Source of the DNA: a virus
Taxonomy: Duplodnaviria; Caudoviricetes
DNA length: 64,000 nt
Reading direction: 5' to 3' (one strand)
Virus record (IMG/VR): IMGVR_UViG_3300030511_000001
Location: 17,634-81,633 of that record
Shown piece by piece: positions 44,578 to 53,593 of this stretch. The notes below the pieces were generated by a model. The model ran no database searches. It was not told where the DNA came from and saw nothing but the letters and a program-made list of their open reading frames with translations. The position numbers were made by a program, and so were the translations under genes. Numbering within the stretch: position 1 is the stretch's first letter; the number at the start of each line of letters is the position of its first letter.

Positions 44578-47500
44578 ATGCCGCCGACCATCAGCAGCAT
44601 CACGCCGAACAGCAAGCCCCAGGGCTCGGGCTCGTTCGTGCTCACCTGCCAGGGCTCGGGTTTCATCCGCAAGGATTTCGACAACCCGCTGCCGGACGGC
44701 GGATGGACCTTCATCCGCGTCGACGGGATCATCTTCGACGGCACCTACTACCCGGTCGACCCCTCGACCCGCACCGGCACGAGCTGTAGCGCGACCATCC
44801 CGGCATCCGAGGTTGCGACGCCCGGCAGCTACAACGTCCGCGTCGAGATGGAGGACGGCGAGCAGTCGAACGCCGTGACGTTCACCGTCACCGCGAACCT
44901 GCCGGTGCTGACCAGTGTCACGCCGACCTCGGTGACGAGCCCCGCATCCGCCACGATCGTCTGCAACGGTAGCAACTTCACCGCGTCGAGCGTCATCCGC
45001 GTCGACGGTGTGGCGATCGGAACGACGTTTGTGAGCTCGACGCAGCTTCAGAGCTCGAGCGCGTACAGCTTCAGCGGCCCGGGCGGCACGCACGCCGTGA
45101 CCGTCTTCATCTCCGGCGTCGGCGAGTCGGAAGGTCGCACGATCACGAAGAACAACCCGCTGCCGACCATCAGCGCGTTTTCGCCGAACGTGAAGACGTG
45201 CGGCGACGCCGATTTCACGCTGACGATCACCGGCACCGGCTACAACGCGGACACGCGAGCTGCGTGGAATGGCTCCTACCGCGACACGGTGGTCGTGAGC
45301 GCGACGCAGCTTCAGGTGTCGATCCGACAGACGGACCTTGCGAGCGCCGGATCCCCGGTCATCGGTGTCATCAACCCGGCGCCCGGCGGCGGCACCGCGC
45401 GCAACGACCAGGCGCCGAACATCGTGGCGTTCACGATCAACAACCCGGCCCCGATCATCACCGAGATTTCGCCGACCACTGCCACGGCCGGAACTGGCCC
45501 CGTGACCATCAGCGTCCGCGGCAGCCGGTTCGTCGGTGGCACCGGGAAGACGGTCATTCGGTGGAACGGCGTCGATCAGCCCACCACGGTCATCGACAAC
45601 GGTGGTTTCGAGTGCACGTTCGTCGCGACGCAGGCGATGCTCGCGCAGCCCGGCTCCTTCACCATTGCGGCATTCAATGGATCGCCCGCCGGCGGGCTGT
45701 CGAATTCCAAGACGTTCAACGTCACCGGCGGCGTCCCGGTCCTGAATTCGATCGACCCGTCGTCGGTGCCGGTCGCGAGCTCGACGACGATCACTCTGCG
45801 CGGAAGCGGCTTCGCGCCCGATCACACCGTGCGTCTCGAGGGCGTCGTCGTGGCGTCCGACTGGGACAGCACCTCGCGAATTCAGGTCAACCTGACGCCG
45901 GCAATGATCCCGACGCCCGGGACGTACGACGTCAAAGTCACGAACAACGGCGCGAACGGGGGCACCTCGGCCACGCGCTCGTTCCAAGCGGCGAACGGCG
46001 TGCCGGTGCTGACGAGCATCAACGTCACCACCAAAACGGTCGGCGACGCGGCGTTCACGCTCACTCTCACCGGTTCGGGCTTCATCAACGGCGCCAGCTC
46101 GGGGGCGGTGAACGGCGCTGCGCGCGCGACGACGTTCGTGAGTTCGACGTCGCTTCAGATCATCATCACCGCGGCGGACCTCTCCACCGGCGGAACGCTC
46201 TCCATCACCGTCGTCACCGCGGCGCCTGGCGGCGGCACGAGCGCCGCGCGCACGCTCACGATCAACTACCCCGTCCCGACCGTCAGCTCGTTCGATTCGG
46301 CGAACATCGTCATCGGCTCGCCCGACACGACCGTCGCCATTAACGGGACCGGCTTCGGGACCGGGACGCTGGTGAAGATCGGCGCCGCGACCCTCGCGAC
46401 GACCTTCGTCAACTCGACGCGCGTCACGGCCGTCGTGCCGGCGGCGAACCTCACCGCGATCGCGACGCTGTCGCTCTCGGTAGTGAACCCGACCCCCGGC
46501 GGTGGTACCGCGGCGTGCCCGCCGCTCAACGTCGTCAACCCGACGCCCGCCATCACCTCGCTTTCGCCGACGAACGTGAATGCGGGATCCGGCGCCTTCA
46601 CGCTGACGATCAACGGCACGGGCTTCCGCTCGGGCGTCTCATCGGCGTTCCTCAACGGATCGGCGCGCACGACGACGTTCATGAGCGCGACGCAACTGCA
46701 GATGGCCGTGAACGCGAACGACGTCACGGCCTCGGGCACGCTCTCCATCACGGTCGTCAACACGGGGCCCGGCGGCGGTACGTCGGCGCCGGCGCCGTTC
46801 TTCGTCGGCGCGGTGAACCCCGTTCCGACCGTCTCGAGCATGTCGCCGTCGAACCGCAACGCCGGCGAGGTAGCGCCGCTCATCACGATCACGGGCACGA
46901 ACTTCCTTCCGTCGTCGGTCGTGCGGTGGGAGGGTGGGGACCGCGTCACCACGTACGTCAGCGCGACGCAGTTGAAGGCGCAGCTCCTTCAGAGCGACAT
47001 GGCCGTCGCCGGCACGTACATCGTCCAAGTGTTCAATCCGCCTCCGGGCGGTGGCCTCTCGGGCTCGCAGGGCTTCGTCGTCAACGCGGTAAATCAGCCC
47101 CCGGAGATCACGGGTCTGTCGCCGGCATCGGCCGCCACCGGCGGCGCGCAGTTCACGCTGACGATCAACGGCCTGCACTTCCTCGCGACGACGACGGTGA
47201 AGCTCACCGACGCGATCGGCCAGGTCTACAACCCGACCGTGACCTTCGTGAACTCGACGAAGATCACGGTGCTGGTGCCGAACACGGCGCTCATCAACGC
47301 CGGGAACGTCATCGTGGCCGTCACGAACCCCACACCCGGCGGCGGTACCGTCTCGTCTGTCCTGAAGGTTCAGACGGGCAATCCGGTCCCGTCGATCATC
47401 AACGTTTCGCCGTCGACGGTGGTGGTGGGCGCCGCGGATACCACGATCACGATCACCGGCGCCGGCTTCTACGCGGGATCGGTCGTCCGGGCCAACGGCA

Positions 47501-48897
47501 CGAACCTCACCACCACGTTCGTCAACTCGTCGACGCTCACGGCCACGATGACGGCCGCGCTCGCGGCCACGGTCGGCATCCTCTCCATCACCGTCTTCAA
47601 CACGACGCCCGGCGGCGGCACGTCGAACGCGGTGGCCTTCGCCGTCCTCTCGCCGACGAACCCCATTCCGGAGATCGACTCGCTGTCGCCGGATCAGGTC
47701 GTGCGCGGGATCGCGCAGTTCCTCCTGACGATTTTGGGGAGGAACTTCATCCCGACCAGCTCGGCCGCCATCAACGGCACGGCAAAAACGACCACCTACG
47801 TCTCGCCCACGCGCGTCGACGCCACCATTCCGGCGGCCGACGTCGCGCTCGCGCCTGGCGGCATCGCCCGCGTGAATCCGCGCGCGCACAGCGAGACGGT
47901 CTCGCACAACGCGCAGGCCGTGCGCGCGTTCGCCGCGGGCAGCGTCGAGGCGCCGGCCATGACGATCGGGCCGAACGAAACGAAAACCGGATGGCACTCG
48001 CCCGAGGAGGGCGTGTGGGAGTTCGTGTCGAACACGAAGCCCCAAGTGCGGATCGGCCCGTCCGGAACGGTGGGCGAGGCGGCCGACTTCACGAACCTGA
48101 CGGCGGCGGAGTTCATCACGCGGAACACCATCACCGCGCTGCTCGGCTTCTTCGAGCGCGGCCGTGGCTTCGGCCTCGGCGAGTGGGTGAACGAGCCGTA
48201 TCACGCTTCGAAGTTCACGGGCGACTCGGACGCGACGTGGAACCTCGGCGGCGGCGCCGACATGATCGACTACAGCTACATGATGATCGGTGAGACCATG
48301 TGGGTGTCGGTCGACGTGCGCGACTCGACGATCACGACGAACGCGCCGGTGGAGCTCTACGTCTCCATCCCTCTCGGGCTCAAATCCGCGCGCACGCAGT
48401 ACGGCGTCGGCTACTGGCGTGACTCCACGACGCCCGCAGGGACGAAGCACCTCCTGCATCTCGAGACCGCCGGCACCGCGATCATCATCCGCAAGGAAGA
48501 CGGCGGCGCGTGGCCGACGACCACGACCGGCCTGAACGTCGGCTTCGTGTTCATGTTCGCCGTGGAGCTCGAGGCCCCGATCCTCTCGGTGGGCCCGTCC
48601 ATCTCGTCGATTACGCCGGCGTCGGTCACGGTCGGGAGCGCGGAATTCACGCTGCAGATCGTCGGACACAACTTCTCGCAGGCGGCGACGTGCATCCTGA
48701 CGGACGCGAACGCGGCCAACTACACGCCGACCGTCACGTGGGTGACTTCGCAGCGCCTCACGATTCAGGTGCCGCCGGCGGCGGTGCTGACCGAGGGCAC
48801 GGTCACGGTGGCGATCACGAACCCGGCGCCGATCGAGGCCGACGACCCGGCGGGCGGCACGGCGACGAAGAACCTCACCGTGGAGCCGCAGTTGTAG
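44578..48897 (+). CDS. IPT/TIG-repeat tail fibre/adhesin
   Basis: 13 P.I.S.SP...G.F.L.I.G..F...NP.PGGGTS repeats (the 12th truncated) plus a fibre-like domain; no signal peptide. Confidence 0.8.
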   Translation: MPPTISSITPNSKPQGSGSFVLTCQGSGFIRKDFDNPLPDGGWTFIRVDGIIFDGTYYPVDPSTRTGTSCSATIPASEVATPGSYNVRVEMEDGEQSNAVTFTVTANLPVLTSVTPTSVTSPASATIVCNGSNFTASSVIRVDGVAIGTTFVSSTQLQSSSAYSFSGPGGTHAVTVFISGVGESEGRTITKNNPLPTISAFSPNVKTCGDADFTLTITGTGYNADTRAAWNGSYRDTVVVSATQLQVSIRQTDLASAGSPVIGVINPAPGGGTARNDQAPNIVAFTINNPAPIITEISPTTATAGTGPVTISVRGSRFVGGTGKTVIRWNGVDQPTTVIDNGGFECTFVATQAMLAQPGSFTIAAFNGSPAGGLSNSKTFNVTGGVPVLNSIDPSSVPVASSTTITLRGSGFAPDHTVRLEGVVVASDWDSTSRIQVNLTPAMIPTPGTYDVKVTNNGANGGTSATRSFQAANGVPVLTSINVTTKTVGDAAFTLTLTGSGFINGASSGAVNGAARATTFVSSTSLQIIITAADLSTGGTLSITVVTAAPGGGTSAARTLTINYPVPTVSSFDSANIVIGSPDTTVAINGTGFGTGTLVKIGAATLATTFVNSTRVTAVVPAANLTAIATLSLSVVNPTPGGGTAACPPLNVVNPTPAITSLSPTNVNAGSGAFTLTINGTGFRSGVSSAFLNGSARTTTFMSATQLQMAVNANDVTASGTLSITVVNTGPGGGTSAPAPFFVGAVNPVPTVSSMSPSNRNAGEVAPLITITGTNFLPSSVVRWEGGDRVTTYVSATQLKAQLLQSDMAVAGTYIVQVFNPPPGGGLSGSQGFVVNAVNQPPEITGLSPASAATGGAQFTLTINGLHFLATTTVKLTDAIGQVYNPTVTFVNSTKITVLVPNTALINAGNVIVAVTNPTPGGGTVSSVLKVQTGNPVPSIINVSPSTVVVGAADTTITITGAGFYAGSVVRANGTNLTTTFVNSSTLTATMTAALAATVGILSITVFNTTPGGGTSNAVAFAVLSPTNPIPEIDSLSPDQVVRGIAQFLLTILGRNFIPTSSAAINGTAKTTTYVSPTRVDATIPAADVALAPGGIARVNPRAHSETVSHNAQAVRAFAAGSVEAPAMTIGPNETKTGWHSPEEGVWEFVSNTKPQVRIGPSGTVGEAADFTNLTAAEFITRNTITALLGFFERGRGFGLGEWVNEPYHASKFTGDSDATWNLGGGADMIDYSYMMIGETMWVSVDVRDSTITTNAPVELYVSIPLGLKSARTQYGVGYWRDSTTPAGTKHLLHLETAGTAIIIRKEDGGAWPTTTTGLNVGFVFMFAVELEAPILSVGPSISSITPASVTVGSAEFTLQIVGHNFSQAATCILTDANAANYTPTVTWVTSQRLTIQVPPAAVLTEGTVTVAITNPAPIEADDPAGGTATKNLTVEPQL

Positions 48898-48910
48898 GAG
48901 GGGAGGTGCG

Positions 48911-49231
48911 CTACGCGCGGCGGCGTGCCACGCGAGCGCGCTTCTTCTGCGCGAACTCGCTCTCGAGCTGCGTCATGGCGCGGGCGAGCGTGCCGGGGTG
49001 TTCGATCGTCCCGCCGAGCTCCCACCGCGAGATCGTCGCCAGCGGGATCGGCTTCCCCGGAGGCCCGAGCAGTTCGCCGAGCTCCTTCTGCGTCATGTGC
49101 TCGTGCTCGCCGCACGTGCACGGCAGGGCTTCGCGGCGCCGCTTCAGTTCCGGGCCGTCGATCGTGTTCACGTGGCGAACCGCTCGACGTCGGGATGGCG
49201 TGGCGTGCGCGGTGGCATCAATTGCCGTCAT
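48911..49231 (-). CDS. XRE-family HTH regulator with a CTCGEHEH insertion
   Basis: LKRRRE...MTQKELGELLG...ATISRWELG; SD GAGGAG. Confidence 0.8.
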   Translation of the reverse strand: MTAIDATAHATPSRRRAVRHVNTIDGPELKRRREALPCTCGEHEHMTQKELGELLGPPGKPIPLATISRWELGGTIEHPGTLARAMTQLESEFAQKKRARVARRRA

Positions 49232-49288
49232 CGTTGTCTCCTCGCTGCGCTTCATCTCGGCGCAGAGTATAGCCGACGTGACACGCAC

Positions 49289-49345
49289 ATTCGACACCAT
49301 GTAGAACCGCGCCCGTTGCCCGGATAATTCGTCATAGCGTAGAAT
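49289..49345. promoter_or_regulatory. two tandem class II motifs in a divergent control region
   Basis: ATTCGACACCATGTAGAAC (49289-49307) and ATTCGTCATAGCGTAGAAT (49327-49345). Confidence 0.7.
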
Positions 49346-49374
49346 GGTGCCCATGGAAACGACGATCCGAACGC

Positions 49375-49403
49375 TTGACATGCTAACCGGTAAGCATTAC
49401 ATT
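49375..49403 (+). promoter_or_regulatory. class I promoter/operator
   Basis: TTGACA-17-TACATT with the palindrome. Confidence 0.85.
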
Positions 49404-49409
49404 GCCGGT

Positions 49410-49922
49410 ATGCAAACCGACGTGACGATCATCTCCCCCGATCTCATCCGCATCGAGCCGACCACCGCTCTCCCGCGCTACCGCTGGATCTGCGCGTCGT
49501 ATCAGTCGGCCGCCGCGAGCGCGCAGCGCGCAGCGGATGAGAATCGCCGCCCCACGTTCGTCATCCCGCAGACGATGTGGACGCCTTGCGGCTACCGCCC
49601 GATGTGGCTCATGGCCGACATGCTCGACGAGGCCGAGTTCACAGCCTTCATGCACGAACAGGGCGACATCGAGCAGTTCACGCCGACGCCCGGCCTCAAC
49701 GAACGTTACTGCGAGTCGTGCGGGCAGATCGTCGTGAAGACGACGCTCGGCGGACGCTCGCGCGACGCCGTGACCTACATGAGCCGCAACAGCACGCTCG
49801 CGCCGTACGCGCCGCATTGGAGCTGGAGGAGCATGCACACGCCGGAGAACTGCCATGCGTGGACACTGTTCTTTGTGCGCGAGCGGCGCGCCGCGGTGAT
49901 CGGGTACGACGGAGCCGAGTGA
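49410..49922 (+). CDS. hypothetical early protein, leaderless (in-frame upstream ATG at 49353)
   Basis: ATG 6 nt after the -10 box; CESC motif. Confidence 0.7.
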   Translation: MQTDVTIISPDLIRIEPTTALPRYRWICASYQSAAASAQRAADENRRPTFVIPQTMWTPCGYRPMWLMADMLDEAEFTAFMHEQGDIEQFTPTPGLNERYCESCGQIVVKTTLGGRSRDAVTYMSRNSTLAPYAPHWSWRSMHTPENCHAWTLFFVRERRAAVIGYDGAE

Positions 49923-50167
49923 TGAACGAGCACGCAAACGAAGCCATCAACTGCCACCAGGGAGCCGACTGCAAGTGCAGTCGCCGCGGAGATGCTGCGC
50001 CGACCTACCGCAGCATCGTCATCACGCCTGACGGCGACGTCCGCGTGGAGGGCGTAACGCTTGAGGCGTGGCCCGACCCCGCGACGTTCATCGTGCATGC
50101 GGGGAACCGTTGCCTCCACGTGACGATCTCCGCGCACGTCTCGCGGCCATTGAAGGCGGAAGCGTGA
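49922..50167 (+). CDS. hypothetical protein
   Basis: TGATG coupling. Confidence 0.55.
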   Translation: MNEHANEAINCHQGADCKCSRRGDAAPTYRSIVITPDGDVRVEGVTLEAWPDPATFIVHAGNRCLHVTISAHVSRPLKAEA

Positions 50168-50442
50168 TCGACGAAAACGAGTACTACTTGCTCGCCGAGC
50201 CACCGCCGCACGTCTGCAATGACTGCGGCGCCGCTTTCGATCCGCGTGACGAAGGGGAGATCGACGCGCACCGGGACGAGCACTGGCACGAGTGGCTGCG
50301 CGCGCAGTGTCCGATCGACCACGATCTGAACATGCTGCGTCGCCTCATCGAGCACCACGGATATGAGCACGGACTGATGATCGCCGGCGTGCGCCCTTGG
50401 CCGCCGCGCGAAACCGACGACGAGGAGGAGGTTCCGTTTTGA
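50164..50442 (+). CDS. hypothetical Zn-finger protein
   Basis: CNDC...H...H; ends with the acidic tail EEVPF. Confidence 0.6.
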   Translation: MIDENEYYLLAEPPPHVCNDCGAAFDPRDEGEIDAHRDEHWHEWLRAQCPIDHDLNMLRRLIEHHGYEHGLMIAGVRPWPPRETDDEEEVPF

Positions 50443-51227
50443 AGGCGATCGAGGACTATCCGCGGGTGTTTCCCCGCATTCAACCCGGCACACGCGGCAT
50501 CGCCGCGGTGATCCACCAGACGCTCTCCGCCGAGGACGCGGAACGGGCGCGCGCGAAAACGATCCTCCCGGTGGAGGAGGGCGAAAGCGTCGCGCTCACG
50601 ATCGGCGGCCGTTGTTTCATGACGGACATCGGCTTCGAACGCTCCTCGTGTTTGGAGCTCGCACAGAATGCGCGCGGCCGCGTGCTCATCGCCGGCCTTG
50701 GCCTCGGGATGGTGCTCCCGCCACTCCTCGAGGACGACGACGTCGAATCCGTGCTGATCGTCGAGAAGGTGCCCGACGTCATCGGCCTCATCGCGCCGCA
50801 CTATGAGCATCCGAAGCTGAGCATTGCCCGCGGCGACATCCTCACGTGGCGGCCACGCGACGGCGAGACGTTCGACGCCATCTACTTCGATATCTGGCCG
50901 TTGCTCACGCCCATGAACCTCGTGCAGATGGCCTATCTCCACCGCGCGTTCCGGCCGTACTTGGCCGCGGACGGGTGGATGGCCTCATGGGGACGGCAGC
51001 ATCTCACCGCCACAGTGAACGAGACCGCGCGCACGTCCGATCAGCAGGGCTACCGCCGGCTGCAGCGCATCCTCGAGCGTTTGGAAGGGATGCCGCTCGA
51101 CCAGGCCCACGCGATCGCAACGGCGGATCCGGTTCACCGCTCATGCGGCACGGACGTTCTGCTGCCGATCGACGACGGCCCGCGGGTGGCGTTCGCGTGC
51201 TCCGGCGAGGACATGCAGACCGCGTGA
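50439..51227 (+). CDS. SAM-dependent methyltransferase, spermidine-synthase-like fold
   Basis: VLIAGLGLG, LIVEK, GDI, FDAIYFDIW. Confidence 0.75.
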   Translation: MKAIEDYPRVFPRIQPGTRGIAAVIHQTLSAEDAERARAKTILPVEEGESVALTIGGRCFMTDIGFERSSCLELAQNARGRVLIAGLGLGMVLPPLLEDDDVESVLIVEKVPDVIGLIAPHYEHPKLSIARGDILTWRPRDGETFDAIYFDIWPLLTPMNLVQMAYLHRAFRPYLAADGWMASWGRQHLTATVNETARTSDQQGYRRLQRILERLEGMPLDQAHAIATADPVHRSCGTDVLLPIDDGPRVAFACSGEDMQTA

Positions 51228-51312
51228 AACGAGTGAGGGGCCGGCGCCCGATGCCGACCCCTCGTGACGCCCGACAAACGTACCGCGATCAGTGAGGAAG
51301 AGGAGGACTCTG

Positions 51313-51465
51313 ATGGTATCACCGAAACGCAACACCATCCGCCGCTTGCTGCACCGCCTGTCCCTATACCTGTGGCCGCAAACTGTCGCCGATGTCGCGC
51401 CAGCACAGCAGATGAGGGCCCGCGCCGCGATCCTGGCCGGGCTACCGCGGCAGGGTGGCCGATGA
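51313..51465 (+). CDS. small hypothetical protein (50 aa)
   Basis: SD GAGGAGG; ATGA coupling to the next gene. Confidence 0.5.
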   Translation: MVSPKRNTIRRLLHRLSLYLWPQTVADVAPAQQMRARAAILAGLPRQGGR

Positions 51466-51851
51466 GCGACGAGCTGCGGCGCCGCGCGCAGGTCCGCGCG
51501 CTTCAATTTCTCGGGCCCGATGCGGATGACGATCGAATCCGCGAGCTCACGCGCGTGCTCGTCGACTTCGTGCACGAGGCGCTGGTGGGCGACATCGGCG
51601 ACGGGCCGTTCATCCATTGGCTCAACGTCAGGCCGCCGCTCGGGCAGAGGCGCTTCGCCGCTGTCGCGTGTGGCCGCACGTTCAACCTGACGAAGCGCGA
51701 GGGCCGCTTCTCGGTGAACGAGTTCCTGAAGTTCGTCACGTGCCCGAAGTGCCGCACCATCGCTGTCCTCGGCGCCGAGGAGGAAGCCCGTTCCGACTCG
51801 AGCTCCACCGCCGAAACGGACGGCGAAGCGTTGCAGGATCATTCGTCATAG
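51462..51851 (+). CDS. hypothetical protein
   Basis: H...CG...TCPKC Zn motif. Confidence 0.6.
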   Translation: MSDELRRRAQVRALQFLGPDADDDRIRELTRVLVDFVHEALVGDIGDGPFIHWLNVRPPLGQRRFAAVACGRTFNLTKREGRFSVNEFLKFVTCPKCRTIAVLGAEEEARSDSSSTAETDGEALQDHSS

Positions 51852-51859
51852 CGTAGAAT
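51841..51859 (+). promoter_or_regulatory. class II motif / promoter
   Basis: TTGCAG-17-TAGAAT; ATTCGTCATAGCGTAGAAT. Confidence 0.8.
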
Positions 51860-51878
51860 CGTCCGCCGGAGGAATCAC

Positions 51879-53387
51879 ATGGAAAATACCGACACGAAGC
51901 CGCGCACGGGCGGCGCGCCGGTGATCGACGTGCCGAGCAGCGCGAGCGTTCCCGCAGTGCGCAACGCACAGCCCGTGCGGCACATCGAACCGGACATGGA
52001 TGCCGAGATCGACGCAAAGCTCGGCCTCATGCCGGAGGTGCCCGAGACGACCGGTCACGAGGTGACGGTCTCGCCGCATTTCAAGATCGCCACACCGTTC
52101 CCAAAAGAGGTGCTGGACGCCCTCCGATTGTTTCGCAATATCCCTGACGAAATGATCGACATAAAACCGAACGGGCAAATCTACCTGAGCAACCGCTTCG
52201 CCTCGGAAATCTTCGACGAGGTGTTCGGGATCGGTGGATGGGGGCTGCTGCCGGGACGGTCGATTACCGAGCGGAAGGTGATGAAGCGCGGCACCACCGC
52301 GGAATACGAAATCATCACCTATTACCAGACGTGGAAGGCGTACGCCTTGGGGCAGTACATTCGCGACGTATCCGGCGCCGGCGTCTACTTCAGCAACAAC
52401 CCGGAGATGAACTTCAGCGACGCCGTCGAGGCCGCGGAGTCGTACGCCATCAACCGCCTCGCGAAGCGCCTGGGCATCGGCCGGAACCTGCGCGATCCGA
52501 TCTTCGCCGCCGAGTGGGTGGCGAAATACGCGTTCGAAGATCCCGCCGTCACGTCGAAGGACAAGTGGAAGAAACGCCCCGCCGCTGGCGGCGTGCCCGT
52601 GCCGCCGTCCGGTTCCCGTTCGTGGACGGCTGCGCTCGTGAAGCTGTTCGTCCCCGTGGTCGGCGAGGATGCCGCGCAGCTCGCCGACGCCCTCGAGAAG
52701 CTGACGACGAAGGCGTGGGGGATCGACCGCGCCTCGCGCTCGTTCCGCGACCTGAAGAATCACGAGAGCTACGAACTGTGCCGACGCATCGCCGCCGGCG
52801 AGCTCGCGGTCCCGACGATCGCACCGAGACGTACCTCCGACGCGAAGCACGCGCAGGAAGTGGCGAAATGGCCGCCCGCGCGCCGAGACGAGTGGCAGTC
52901 CGTGCACGAGGGCGAAGGCGCCGTCCCGTGCACGCAGGCCGGCTGCAAGGCGTGCCGGTGGGACGAGTGGGAGATGGGCGCGCAGGCGAACGTGCAGGTA
53001 GCCGAGGAGCCCGCGGCAACCGAGATGCGCACGCTCAACGATGCCGAAATCGTGAAGGCCATGGGGCCCGCGCCGTCGCCGGAGATTGTCGAGCAGGCGC
53101 GCGACGCTGGCCGACGCGCAGACGCGGAGATCGCCACGTCGAAACCGGTCTGCGGCGAGTGCGCTGGCGAAGGATGCGCGATGTGTGCGCCTGGCGCTGG
53201 CGACGATGAGGACATTCCGGCGACCGGCGATCGCAAGGCCGTCGAAAGCGTGATGATCGGCACACTGTGCCCGAAGCCGGGACATGGCCGCTACACGGGG
53301 CTGTTCTGCCCGCCCTGCGAAGATCCCTCGCTGCTCGACGACGCCGCGGCAGCGTTGCGTGAGGAAACGGAGCGTGAGCAGAAATGA
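51879..53387 (+). CDS. Rad52/Mgm101-like ssDNA annealing protein
   Basis: IKPNGQIYL...F.EVFGIGGWGL...EAAESYAINR.AK.LGIG..L.DP.F. Confidence 0.75.
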   Translation: MENTDTKPRTGGAPVIDVPSSASVPAVRNAQPVRHIEPDMDAEIDAKLGLMPEVPETTGHEVTVSPHFKIATPFPKEVLDALRLFRNIPDEMIDIKPNGQIYLSNRFASEIFDEVFGIGGWGLLPGRSITERKVMKRGTTAEYEIITYYQTWKAYALGQYIRDVSGAGVYFSNNPEMNFSDAVEAAESYAINRLAKRLGIGRNLRDPIFAAEWVAKYAFEDPAVTSKDKWKKRPAAGGVPVPPSGSRSWTAALVKLFVPVVGEDAAQLADALEKLTTKAWGIDRASRSFRDLKNHESYELCRRIAAGELAVPTIAPRRTSDAKHAQEVAKWPPARRDEWQSVHEGEGAVPCTQAGCKACRWDEWEMGAQANVQVAEEPAATEMRTLNDAEIVKAMGPAPSPEIVEQARDAGRRADAEIATSKPVCGECAGEGCAMCAPGAGDDEDIPATGDRKAVESVMIGTLCPKPGHGRYTGLFCPPCEDPSLLDDAAAALREETEREQK

Positions 53388-53593
53388 CCGAACCTGTGAA
53401 GTGGGAAAAGATCGCGAACAACCACGGCAGCATGTACCGCGCCGAGGTGCCCGGTGGGTGGCTCGTGCGCTACGACAACGACGTAACCGCGCCATGGTTC
53501 GACGGTCAGCGGAACGCCTCGTACGACACCGTCTCGACGATGACGTTCCTACCGGACGCGAATCACCAGTGGAACGCCGAGGTGATCGCTTGA
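53384..53593 (+). CDS. small phage protein (VPGGWLVR...TFLPD motif)
   Basis: Paralog of 4958-5197. Confidence 0.7.
   Translation: MTEPVKWEKIANNHGSMYRAEVPGGWLVRYDNDVTAPWFDGQRNASYDTVSTMTFLPDANHQWNAEVIA

Noticed and set aside
44487-47863. 13-bp repeat CGCGCCTGGCGGC (APGG) near both swapped-gene junctions as the crossover site
   Set aside because: Recombining there leaves the IPT domain without its penultimate strand, and APGG codons recur throughout the IPT array.
40495-48669. Very long minus-strand ORFs (e.g. 40495-44376, 1293 aa; also 36622-38697 and 46639-48669)
   Set aside because: Antisense shadows of real high-GC genes; R/A/G-rich with no motifs or RBS.
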